DNA of 63,769 nucleotides from Candidatus Omnitrophota bacterium (GTDB taxonomy: Bacteria > Omnitrophota > Gorgyraeia > Zapsychrales > Zapsychraceae), in contig DAOWGP010000040.1 in assembly GCA_030637405.1 (NCBI GenBank), positions 1 through 63,769 of the forward strand, in the 5' to 3' direction. Made by a program: the position numbers and the translations under genes. Below are positions 24,327-33,625 of this stretch, piece after piece (position 1 is the stretch's first letter; each line of letters opens with the position of its first letter). Under the pieces are notes generated by a model. The model ran no database searches. It was not told where the DNA came from and saw nothing but the letters and a program-made list of their open reading frames with translations.

Positions 24327-25936
24327 TACGCGCTCATCCCCTTATCCAACATTTCCTTTAATTGTAATCTATCCATCTTTCCGTTGCTGTTTAACGGTAT
24401 ATCCTTAATAAAATAAAGTTTCCTGGGAACCATATATTCCGGCAGCTCGCTTCTGCAATACTCGAAGATCTGGGCTTCTTCGGCATTATTTTGCCCTCCG
24501 ATAAACCCGACAACACCGGCAGCCATGCCGTCTTTTATCGGCCAAGCGACCGACAGGGCCATTTCGGTACCCGAAGCTTTGCGCAGCGCATGGTCGACTT
24601 CCTGCAACTCAACACGATGCCCGAGGATCTGAACCTGATTGTCGATCCGCCCTAAATAATATAAACATCCATCCTCATCTTGTTTAACCAAATCTCCTGT
24701 CCGATACCACGTATTTTCCCCCACGGAAGGGATCTTGATATATTGTGACCGCGTCTTTTCGGGATTATTGAGATATCCTTTTGTGACTTGCGAACCGCTA
24801 AGGCACAATTCCCCCGGCTGGCCGGTAGCGGCCACATTGTGCTGTTTATCAATAAGGCGGCATTTTTGGCCATCAAATATCGTTCCGATCGGGACAATTC
24901 CATTCGTACATTTTTCAGGCGTAGAGTTACTATCCCACGTATGGTAGGAAATCGCTATCGTGGCCTCTGTCGGGCCGTACAAATTCTCAACAACCGAGTT
25001 CGGTGCCGCTTCCTGCCATTGCGCGGCAAGGACAGAAGAAAAAGGTTCCCCGCAAAATAAACTGCAGCGTAAAGTCGGATAAACACCCGGATTCAGCATT
25101 CTGAATTTTGACATAAACATTGCGACCGATGGAACGGAGAACCACATTGTCAGTTTCTTTTCGTTAATAAATTTCGCCGGCGCCATGACAGATTTCTGGG
25201 GAATGCTGCAAAGACAGGCCTCGCGCTGCCAGCAGACGAACATATCGTGGACGCTTAAGTCAAAAGTCATATCAAATGTTTGCGAAAAGCGGTCATGTTC
25301 ATTAACATCATACCGGTCACAAATATATTCCACATAGGAAATCACATTGTTATGGCTTACCGGTACCCCTTTAGGAATCCCTGTACTGCCGGAAGTAAAA
25401 AGTAAATACGCCGTCCCTTCACCGTCAACCTCAGGCTCCTTAACGGGATCCTGATGATCGGGCATATCACTTGAAAAGATATAGCGATGTACCGGATAAT
25501 TCTTCACCAAATCCTCCTGCGCTTCGGTATCCGGTAGAATAATCGTTAAAGACTGCTTGATCAATGGCAAAAGGTTCTTTAATTCTTTAAGACATTCATT
25601 TCCGACAATAAGAACATTCACCTTTGATAATGAAATCATCCGGAATGTACGTTCTGTCGGAAATTCCGGATTTAGGGGTACGTACCCTTTTCCAGAAATA
25701 AGAACACCTAAAACACCCGCATAAGCCGAAAAACTTCTATACCCTAAAACACCAGCAAGACTATTGGCCGTAAGCTCATAGGCCTTTATCGACGCTGCTA
25801 TGTCCTGCGCTCTTTTCCCTAGCTGTTGATATGTGTAGGTTTGATCATCGACCTCAAGGGCGGGGCGATCAGGAAATTCTCCTACCGCCTTTAGAAATCC
25901 GGAAACAATACTTTTTGTGCTTTTTGTGATGGTCAT
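24326..25936 (-). CDS. Adenylate-forming amino-acid/acid-carrier protein ligase (DltA / NRPS A-domain-like)
   Basis: Motifs: LLFTSGSTGIPKGV, YGPTE, YRTGDL, GRIDNQVQILGHRVEL, NSNGKMDR. The start is moved to the ATG at 25936 (MTITKST), preceded by AAAGGAAA. The track start at 26005 adds 23 aa of doubtful sequence. Confidence 0.8.
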   Translation of the reverse strand: MTITKSTKSIVSGFLKAVGEFPDRPALEVDDQTYTYQQLGKRAQDIAASIKAYELTANSLAGVLGYRSFSAYAGVLGVLISGKGYVPLNPEFPTERTFRMISLSKVNVLIVGNECLKELKNLLPLIKQSLTIILPDTEAQEDLVKNYPVHRYIFSSDMPDHQDPVKEPEVDGEGTAYLLFTSGSTGIPKGVPVSHNNVISYVEYICDRYDVNEHDRFSQTFDMTFDLSVHDMFVCWQREACLCSIPQKSVMAPAKFINEKKLTMWFSVPSVAMFMSKFRMLNPGVYPTLRCSLFCGEPFSSVLAAQWQEAAPNSVVENLYGPTEATIAISYHTWDSNSTPEKCTNGIVPIGTIFDGQKCRLIDKQHNVAATGQPGELCLSGSQVTKGYLNNPEKTRSQYIKIPSVGENTWYRTGDLVKQDEDGCLYYLGRIDNQVQILGHRVELQEVDHALRKASGTEMALSVAWPIKDGMAAGVVGFIGGQNNAEEAQIFEYCRSELPEYMVPRKLYFIKDIPLNSNGKMDRLQLKEMLDKGMSA

Positions 25937-26216
25937 AATTTCCTTTTCAATGAAATGCAAACCTTCTGTAACATAACTATATAGAGTGATAGAAGCAAGA
26001 AGCATACCAATTCCGGGATTTCCTCAAGCATATACCAATAATCATATAAGTATATTTATACCAATATGTTACGTATTAAAAGGCCAATTTAACTTATAAA
26101 ATCAGGCCATAGATAGATAATCCCAGACAAACCACCCCAACTTACCGTTTAATTTTTACAACATATGTGTAAAATAGAAAGGTATATATCACAGTAATTT
26201 ATGAAATATTCCAGGA

Positions 26217-27896
26217 TCAGTTTGACTGACTTGGTTCTGTAAAACGAATTTCCAATAAATTAACAGAATGCGCCGGAATATCATAGGTGAACTTTTTCTT
26301 AACGCCTGATAGATCATACTTTTTTATATCAACAGTTCCAGGCGACCCGTCATTTTGCGCTTCAAGATCAGGGCCATTTAGGATCCAGACATACCCGGTA
26401 TCCTGCGGATTTACGCCTTCCAGTGATATATTGACCTTAAAATTCTGACTGGCATGTTTATTGGTTAAAACAATAGCAATCTTCCTTTCCTGAGAGAACG
26501 TACTGGCATAAGCCTCAACATACGGAACTTCCCCGGTGTAAGAATCCGCTCTCCAATCCCGCTTTTTGTCATAGTTTGGTGAGCCTTTCATTTTACTTTC
26601 GATCAGGATATCGCCAAAATGCCGGGCAAAAAGTTTCAAGGCCAAGGCTTTCGGGCGAATGGTCTTTCCGTCCCAGCGGCTCCCCCCCCAACCAGCCTCC
26701 TTATCCCAGCCGCGGATCAAACCAAACATGACTTCCTGAAAACAGAACTGATGCGCCATCAAAATACCATGCCGGGCATAATGTCCCAGCGTATCGGCAT
26801 AAAATATTCCGTTGGCCAGCGACCACATCATCCCCTTATATTCAAATTCCAGATCTGAAGGTACCGCGTCCCAAGATCCATCCCATTCCAGAAAAGCGAT
26901 CTTGATCTTTCCTTTTCTATGCGGGGCATATTCATCGATCATCCGCGTGACCCTGTCAACGATTTCTCCAACAGCCATTGAGTTGGCCATGATCTCCTTC
27001 GGCAGGGGATGGAACCTCCCTTTATATTTATGATACTGGTCGACGTGATTGGGATACCAATGGAAAGACAAAAAATCAAAATAATCCGCGGCCTCCTTCA
27101 TAATAGCTTCATCAAATACGGAATATCTCGGCCCTCCCCAATTAGCTCCAATTTTAATAGTTGGATCAGCTTGTTTCATTGCCTGTGAATAAGCTTTGAT
27201 GATTTTGGCATATTCTTGACCAGGCATGTACGCCGTATCCCAATCCCCGTAGACTTCATTGCCCAACTCCCAGTAATCAACCCGCATCCCTTCACTGCTC
27301 TGGTTCATGAATCTTACCCAATCAGCAGCTTCTTGAGGTGTTCCGGATTCGATATTGACCATGATGATAATATTGACGCCGACAATTTTAGAAAACTTTA
27401 TGACATTTTTAATTTCTGACAGAGGCGCGTTATCAAAACGGTCCGAAAAGTCAAACGTCCCTAATTTCCAGCGATAGCCGGACGATCCCCCGCCGGGAAA
27501 ACGAAAACTTGTGATCCCGGTATCTTCCGCGAATTTCGCGACATCCATTTCAAATTCTGTTTTTGTATCTAAATTAGCTCCGTAGATCATCGGATTGATC
27601 TCTCTGATCTTCCGCTTTGGATGAACAGCTAAACTTAAAATTCCCGTAAATTTCTCGTCTTCTTTATCATCCCGCCCCTTTCTGAAAGAAAGCTTATCTA
27701 TCGCTTTCCACTTGATTTGAGAGACCATGTTGCGCGCGTAACGGATATATTCTTCCTTCGGCCTTTTCAAATTAATACGGTCCCGCAAGACATAGGCAGC
27801 GACACCGGCCCCTAACATCAGACCAATACCGCATAAAATGACGCTAATGATGACAAATTTAATAAATTTCTTCTTTTTAGGCTTTGTATTTTTCAT
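26217..27896 (-). CDS. Membrane-anchored clan GH-A glycoside hydrolase (GH51/GH79-like)
   Basis: 559 aa. N-terminal TM, then FRFPGGGSSGYRWKLG and YWELGNEVYGDW (GNE acid/base-type motif). Confidence 0.55.
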   Translation of the reverse strand: MKNTKPKKKKFIKFVIISVILCGIGLMLGAGVAAYVLRDRINLKRPKEEYIRYARNMVSQIKWKAIDKLSFRKGRDDKEDEKFTGILSLAVHPKRKIREINPMIYGANLDTKTEFEMDVAKFAEDTGITSFRFPGGGSSGYRWKLGTFDFSDRFDNAPLSEIKNVIKFSKIVGVNIIIMVNIESGTPQEAADWVRFMNQSSEGMRVDYWELGNEVYGDWDTAYMPGQEYAKIIKAYSQAMKQADPTIKIGANWGGPRYSVFDEAIMKEAADYFDFLSFHWYPNHVDQYHKYKGRFHPLPKEIMANSMAVGEIVDRVTRMIDEYAPHRKGKIKIAFLEWDGSWDAVPSDLEFEYKGMMWSLANGIFYADTLGHYARHGILMAHQFCFQEVMFGLIRGWDKEAGWGGSRWDGKTIRPKALALKLFARHFGDILIESKMKGSPNYDKKRDWRADSYTGEVPYVEAYASTFSQERKIAIVLTNKHASQNFKVNISLEGVNPQDTGYVWILNGPDLEAQNDGSPGTVDIKKYDLSGVKKKFTYDIPAHSVNLLEIRFTEPSQSN

Positions 27897-29076
27897 AAAC
27901 TTTTAATAATGTCCTTCCGATAATGTTCCAATCATAACGTTCCTCAACCAATTGACATCCGGCTAAACCAACCCGGTGAAGGGTCGACGGATCGTCGAGC
28001 AATGTTAAGACCTTTCGGGCGAAATCTTCAGGTTTATCAGCTATGATAATATCATGGCCATCCCGGCAGGCAATACCCTCGGCTCCGATAGATGTTGAGA
28101 CAACAACCCTTTGCATGGCCATGGCTTCCAGTATTTTTAATCTCGTCCCGCCGCCGATCCTCAGCGGCACAACAAAGATCCTAGATCTCTCGACATAAGC
28201 GCGCACATCATCGACCCTTCCGGTTAAGATAATACGATCATCAGATCCCGCGTATTCACTAAGACGGGCTGACGGGCTCTTTCCGATGACATAGAATTTG
28301 ACCTTCGGATTTTCCTTCCAGACCAACGGCAAAATATCTTTGCAGAAATAAAGCGCCGCATCATCATTAGGCAGCCAATCCATCGATCCGGTAAACACCA
28401 CCGCCTCTTCTTCTGACCCCTGACTCCTGACCCCTGATCCCTGAAAATACCCCGTATCCACTCCATTTGAAATCACATGCCCAAGAGCGCTATCAGCCCC
28501 TAAATCAACCAGAAGGTTTTTGTCCTCATCCGAAACCGCTAAATAGGCGGAAAATTTCTTCACGTGATCAGCTTCGAACTTTTTCATCTTGCGCGCCTGC
28601 CCTTTAAAAATAAATCTTTTAAGCGCTGATTTTTCCACATCCGCGCAGCGTTCAAGAATCTTGTATTCCACATTATGCTCGTCAAGGACGCACGGCAAGC
28701 CGTCAAAACAGCCGCGGTAATGCGCCATATGCAAATGGTCGATATGCGCGGCATCAAACTGGTTCGTCTGATGTAATTCCGATAATATGCCCTCCATCAC
28801 GTCCGAATAGTATTTTGACACGGATACCGGTTCGGAACCCGTCAGCACGCGTATTATTTTATCCGCGAATGACAGTTCTTTGATCGGAACCAAAATCACC
28901 TCGATGCCGTCACTTTTCAGTGCCGAAGAGAATTCTTGGTCTTTTTCATCAAATGAAAAGCAGACGAAATGGATCCTTGCGCAAGAAGCTAGTTGCTTGA
29001 GAATATTCAGCGTCCTAATCTTACCGCCGGTATCCGCGGGAATTGGAAGCCTCGGCGCGATAAATAAAATATGCAT
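27877..29076 (-). CDS. GT4-family (GT-B) glycosyltransferase
   Basis: 399 aa. MHILFIAPRLPIPADTGGKIRTLN…; the C-terminal GGGTRLKILEAMAMQRVVVST is an E-x7-E-type region. Confidence 0.8.
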   Translation of the reverse strand: MHILFIAPRLPIPADTGGKIRTLNILKQLASCARIHFVCFSFDEKDQEFSSALKSDGIEVILVPIKELSFADKIIRVLTGSEPVSVSKYYSDVMEGILSELHQTNQFDAAHIDHLHMAHYRGCFDGLPCVLDEHNVEYKILERCADVEKSALKRFIFKGQARKMKKFEADHVKKFSAYLAVSDEDKNLLVDLGADSALGHVISNGVDTGYFQGSGVRSQGSEEEAVVFTGSMDWLPNDDAALYFCKDILPLVWKENPKVKFYVIGKSPSARLSEYAGSDDRIILTGRVDDVRAYVERSRIFVVPLRIGGGTRLKILEAMAMQRVVVSTSIGAEGIACRDGHDIIIADKPEDFARKVLTLLDDPSTLHRVGLAGCQLVEERYDWNIIGRTLLKVYEKYKA

Positions 29077-29092
29077 TTCTTTTCTATCCCCT

Positions 29093-31447
29093 CTATAATA
29101 AATTTAAGATCTCGCTATAGACCTTCTTGTATTCCCGGCACATTCTCTCAAGCGAATAGTTAGACTTTACAAAACCACGTACTGATCCTGATATTTCCCG
29201 CGCCTTTTCTTTATTCGCGATTAATTCGTTCATCTTACCTCTCAAGGCATCGGCATCCCGCGAATTAACAAGAAGGCCGTTTTTTCCATCATTGATAATT
29301 TCCGGTATGCCGCCAACGCGCGTGGCAATAACGGGCAGTTCCATGGCCATAGCTTCCAGTAGCGTCAAGGGCGCGCCTTCGGTCAACGAAGATAAAACGA
29401 ATATATCCATCGATGAGTACGCGCTGACAGTATCCCGCATTAAGCCGGTAAACAGGACCCTGTCTTCCAGATGCCTCGCCGCCGCGAATTGTTTTAACTC
29501 CGCCTTTTTAGGCCCGTCGCCAACAATAAGAATTTTAATGCGCTCATCTTTCCTCATTATCGGATAGGCGGCCTCCAGGATCATGATCTGATTTTTTTCA
29601 TAGCTTAATCGCCCGACAGTTCCGATAACAATATCTTCATTCCCAATGTGATATAGCCTGCGCGTCTCATGCCCCCTGGATTCGTCTCTTTTCAATTGGC
29701 CGATATCGACCCCGTTGGAGATAACACGCTTTTTCTCTTTTGGAAAATCTTTGAGCATGCTGTTTGTCACAACAACGATCCTTTTGAAAAAAGATTTCAA
29801 GACCCATCGGTCCAGCTTTTCATAAAGAGAAACCGAGCGCGTCATGTCGGTAAATCCGTGCGCTGTGGCCATGACCGGAACCCCCGTCAGCCGGGAAACC
29901 AGAAACCCGATCACGTCCGACTTGTAGTTATGCGTGTGCAAAAGATCAATACCGTTCTCTATGATATATTTCTTCAGCCGGAATACAGCCCCTAAATCAA
30001 AGCGGCCATGACACTTGAAAAAGCATGATTCAATTCCTAATTCTCTGGATTTTTCGATAATCTCAGGTTCAGGGCGCCTCGGATCATGTAAAGCTCCCAC
30101 AATAGAATGATATGTTTTATCTCGTATATTTTTCCCTAAAGACAATACGATGTTTTCCGCCCCGAACAAACCACTGCTACTGATCAAATGCAGGACATTG
30201 ATACCTTTTTTCTTAAACGTTATCTTCTTATCACGCCTAAAATAACTAAAAATTTTTCCGGTCATTTTGGTGAAAACGACTCTTACGAGTTTTGCGTAGA
30301 CAATAAACCACGGCCCCCAATCATCAAAAGCAAAATACGTATGCGCTATTTTTTTTGCTTTTAATCCCTTGAGCCACTCTAAAAAGGTTATTTCTCCCTG
30401 TTTTCTTAAACGAAACAAACATCCCAGATCTAACTCAATATTCCATAACTTAACGTTCTTCACATAATCATTTTCTCTTACCGTATGCTCGCCGAAAACA
30501 AGATTTCTATAGATCAAATACGGAAAATCCACGCCGGAAGCTACCGCGAGTTCACCAAAAAAAGATGTCCTTAAATTCGCCTCCAAAAATATGGGCTGCT
30601 GATTCCGCCCATCGATCTTAAACTCAAGAGCGATCATTCCCTTGTAAGGCATTGCGCCTAACACTTTTTTTCCCATCTCGACAATCAAAGGATTTTCAAC
30701 ACTTTCACACAGGCAGGCAATACCGAAGTGCGGTGGATACTGGCGGATCTTGCGGCAGCAAAATGACGCGAGGATCTCTGATTTCTTATTACAGAAAGCC
30801 AGAAACTGATAGATATTATTATCGGACCCCGGAATGATCTGCTGGATGACGACATTAAGCCGGTGCGCCTTTACCTGATCATAGACATCCGCCAATTCCT
30901 TACCGGAGTTAACAACGAAAGCCTTCTTTTCATCAAAATACTGCCTCCAAATATGTGAATCCTGCGGCTTAATAATGCACGGATATTCAATGGTGCCTAA
31001 CACCTTTTCCAACAGCTCATCATGTTCCAAAAAGAATGTTTTAGGATGAGGAATATTGTGCGTTTCGCAGAATTCGGAAGTTTTACGCTTGTCGAGAAAA
31101 CTTTCGATAATTTCCGGGGATGAAAAAAGAAAATCAAAGCGCTGGACCAGCTCATTCCGGTTCGCCGATACAAAAGAAACATATTCGTCGGCCGTCGCCA
31201 ATAAGACAGGCCTGCGGGAAAACCGCTTGCCTATCGATAAAAGAGCGCCAAGCAATTCCTCGCCCGATCCGGTCCCGGGAGCAAGAATAAATTCCCGGAC
31301 ATACCGTGAAAACCGCGCGGGCCCGCAAGATGAACTATCGACACCGATCACGGGGATCCCTTTGCGGCCTAGCGATCTTGCGACCGACAGACCGTTAGCA
31401 CTTAGCCCGAGGACGATCGCCGGATTTTTCTCGGATTCTTTGATCAT
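29093..31447 (-). CDS. Fusion protein: N-terminal ATP-grasp carboxylate-amine ligase-like domain + C-terminal GT4 glycosyltransferase
   Basis: 784 aa. Aa 1 to about 400 are ATP-grasp-like (YPCIIKPQDS…VVIQQIIPG…IALEFKIDGRNQQPIFLEANLR). Aa from about 415 to the end are GT4 (NVLHLISSSGLFGAENIV…EGAPLTLLEAMAMELPVIATRVGGIPEII). Confidence 0.7.
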   Translation of the reverse strand: MIKESEKNPAIVLGLSANGLSVARSLGRKGIPVIGVDSSSCGPARFSRYVREFILAPGTGSGEELLGALLSIGKRFSRRPVLLATADEYVSFVSANRNELVQRFDFLFSSPEIIESFLDKRKTSEFCETHNIPHPKTFFLEHDELLEKVLGTIEYPCIIKPQDSHIWRQYFDEKKAFVVNSGKELADVYDQVKAHRLNVVIQQIIPGSDNNIYQFLAFCNKKSEILASFCCRKIRQYPPHFGIACLCESVENPLIVEMGKKVLGAMPYKGMIALEFKIDGRNQQPIFLEANLRTSFFGELAVASGVDFPYLIYRNLVFGEHTVRENDYVKNVKLWNIELDLGCLFRLRKQGEITFLEWLKGLKAKKIAHTYFAFDDWGPWFIVYAKLVRVVFTKMTGKIFSYFRRDKKITFKKKGINVLHLISSSGLFGAENIVLSLGKNIRDKTYHSIVGALHDPRRPEPEIIEKSRELGIESCFFKCHGRFDLGAVFRLKKYIIENGIDLLHTHNYKSDVIGFLVSRLTGVPVMATAHGFTDMTRSVSLYEKLDRWVLKSFFKRIVVVTNSMLKDFPKEKKRVISNGVDIGQLKRDESRGHETRRLYHIGNEDIVIGTVGRLSYEKNQIMILEAAYPIMRKDERIKILIVGDGPKKAELKQFAAARHLEDRVLFTGLMRDTVSAYSSMDIFVLSSLTEGAPLTLLEAMAMELPVIATRVGGIPEIINDGKNGLLVNSRDADALRGKMNELIANKEKAREISGSVRGFVKSNYSLERMCREYKKVYSEILNLL

Positions 31448-31450
31448 TGT

Positions 31451-32593
31451 TTAACTCTTCTCTTTGCATAAGCCGCTAAACAGCCGCTCATATTTCTGGA
31501 CCATCTCTTCAATACTGAAGCGCTCGATAACATTTTCCCTCGCTTTAGAACCAAAGCGCTCGCATTCTCGCGGGTTTTTTAAAAAATACAATAGTTTATC
31601 GGCTAAATCCTCCGGATCCGAAGGATTGACCAGCAATCCGGTTATACCGTCGGAAATGACTTCCGGATTGCCCCCGACATGAGTTGCCACAATGGGTTTC
31701 CCGGCGGACATATATTCGAGAAGCGTATTCGACAGCCCTTCGCTTAATGAAGGCAATACGCAAATATCAACGCTCTTGAGAATTTCGGGAACATCTCTTC
31801 TTAGACCTAAGAATTGAATATTGTTTTCCAACCCCAATTTGTTCGCTTGATCTTTCAACATCTCTTTTAATTGCCTCTCTTTCATTCCCATTCCGCCGAT
31901 CATCAGAAGACAAACTTCCGGGAATTTCCCAACAATGCGCTTGATGGCTTCAATAAGATACTTATGCCCTTTAATAGAACGCAAATTCCCGACACATGCG
32001 ATCACCTTTGAACTTCTTGATATCCCCAACTCATCTCTCATGGCGCTTGGGCTGCTTTGGCTATTAAAGCGCTTGAGATTAATTCCGTTATGAATGACCA
32101 CGATTTTCTCGGAGCCGACCCTTTCTGACTTTAAAACAGCTTCCCGGACGTCGTTTGAGACAACAACGATTTTGGAAACCAATTTATCCAAAATCTTGTA
32201 CGAAAACACATGCGCCCAGTTTTTCCAAAAACCGGCATCCCGCCTATTGGATACAATCACCGGAACTCTTGCGTATTTTCCAAAAACGGAACCCCAAATA
32301 TCAGAACCGAAATGATAGGTCATAAGAACGTCAATTTTCTCATCTTTCAGAAATCTCGCGAACTTTAATCCTTGTCTTAATCCCCGGAAATCGTAAATAC
32401 GTTTAATATGCAGATGAATAATCTTGATCCCGAAAGTTTCCAATTGCTTGAAAAAGCGCCGATAGCCCGAAAAACAGGCGATATAGATTTTATATTCATT
32501 TTTATCTATATTTTTTAGAAGCTCAACAATCTGCCTCTCCGCCCCACCATTTATCGAGTAAAACACATCGACTAATATTAAAACTTTTCTCAT
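31451..32593 (-). CDS. GT4-family glycosyltransferase
   Basis: 380 aa with EGLSNTLLEYMSAGKPIVATHVGGNPEVI. Confidence 0.8.
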   Translation of the reverse strand: MRKVLILVDVFYSINGGAERQIVELLKNIDKNEYKIYIACFSGYRRFFKQLETFGIKIIHLHIKRIYDFRGLRQGLKFARFLKDEKIDVLMTYHFGSDIWGSVFGKYARVPVIVSNRRDAGFWKNWAHVFSYKILDKLVSKIVVVSNDVREAVLKSERVGSEKIVVIHNGINLKRFNSQSSPSAMRDELGISRSSKVIACVGNLRSIKGHKYLIEAIKRIVGKFPEVCLLMIGGMGMKERQLKEMLKDQANKLGLENNIQFLGLRRDVPEILKSVDICVLPSLSEGLSNTLLEYMSAGKPIVATHVGGNPEVISDGITGLLVNPSDPEDLADKLLYFLKNPRECERFGSKARENVIERFSIEEMVQKYERLFSGLCKEKS

Positions 32594-33609
32594 GACCCTG
32601 ACTTTACTCTAGATTTTTTGTTCAGCCTTAAAATCGATAGAAATTGATTTCTTGTTTGACTTAATTGAAGAACAACGCTCGGAGATATTATATAGGTTAA
32701 ATATAACAACGTCATCGACCTCAGATGAAATCCCTGTCCAAGAAGCCGTTCCCATACTTCTCTTGCTTTTTCAAAATCCCCTTTAACAAAATCATATTTA
32801 CCAAGTAAAAATTGCGCTTTAATCAATTCCTTCTTAAGATATTTTCTGCATTGCGCGTCCATCCAAGAATACCCAAGTGCTTTCTGATAAATCTCGATCG
32901 TACTCAGAAAGACTTTTTCCATATTAAGAGTTGTGTTGGTCCCGTGAATACGGCGGTGTGCCAGCACCTCATCAATATACCCTAAACCCAATAAATGGAT
33001 AGATTGAGTCCCGAACTCATGAAACTCCCTAACATAAGCGCTTGTTTCGAATATTTTTAATTCCTTACAAGTTTTTACTCGGACCATAAAGGTGCACTGG
33101 ATAATAAAATCCCCTCTCAGATAATCATAAGTAACATCTTCCGTGAAAATCTTGCAATTTGAACCGGCTTTTAATGCTGTTTTATGCGACATGCCACGGA
33201 TCACCTTATTTTGATCAAAGAAATTCCTTCCTATCGGTCCATCACTATTAAAATTCTGGAAATTTGAGAATATTAAATCAACTTCAGGATATTCATCCAG
33301 AAATTTAACCTGCTTCTCCAGTTTATCCAGCACCCATAAGTCGTCATTATCGATCAAGGCAATATATTCTCCCTGGGATTCCTGCAAACCTAATAATCTT
33401 GCGGAATTAGCCCCACCATTTTCCTTACGCAGATATTTGACCTTATCCGCGAAAGGCAATAACATCTCTTTCACATCAACACTTGAACCATCATCCACAA
33501 TAATAACCTCACAATCTTTGAACGACTGAGCGAATACACTCTCTAAGCATTCATGCAGATGCTCTTTCACAGGATTATAAGCCGGAATTAGAACGCTAAC
33601 TTTTGACAT
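32590..33609 (-). CDS. Family 2 glycosyltransferase
   Basis: 339 aa with VSVLIPAYNPVKEHLHECLESVFAQSF…IIVDDGSS and IDNDD. Confidence 0.8.
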   Translation of the reverse strand: MSKVSVLIPAYNPVKEHLHECLESVFAQSFKDCEVIIVDDGSSVDVKEMLLPFADKVKYLRKENGGANSARLLGLQESQGEYIALIDNDDLWVLDKLEKQVKFLDEYPEVDLIFSNFQNFNSDGPIGRNFFDQNKVIRGMSHKTALKAGSNCKIFTEDVTYDYLRGDFIIQCTFMVRVKTCKELKIFETSAYVREFHEFGTQSIHLLGLGYIDEVLAHRRIHGTNTTLNMEKVFLSTIEIYQKALGYSWMDAQCRKYLKKELIKAQFLLGKYDFVKGDFEKAREVWERLLGQGFHLRSMTLLYLTYIISPSVVLQLSQTRNQFLSILRLNKKSRVKSGS

Positions 33610-33625
33610 ATCATTAACTCTATTT

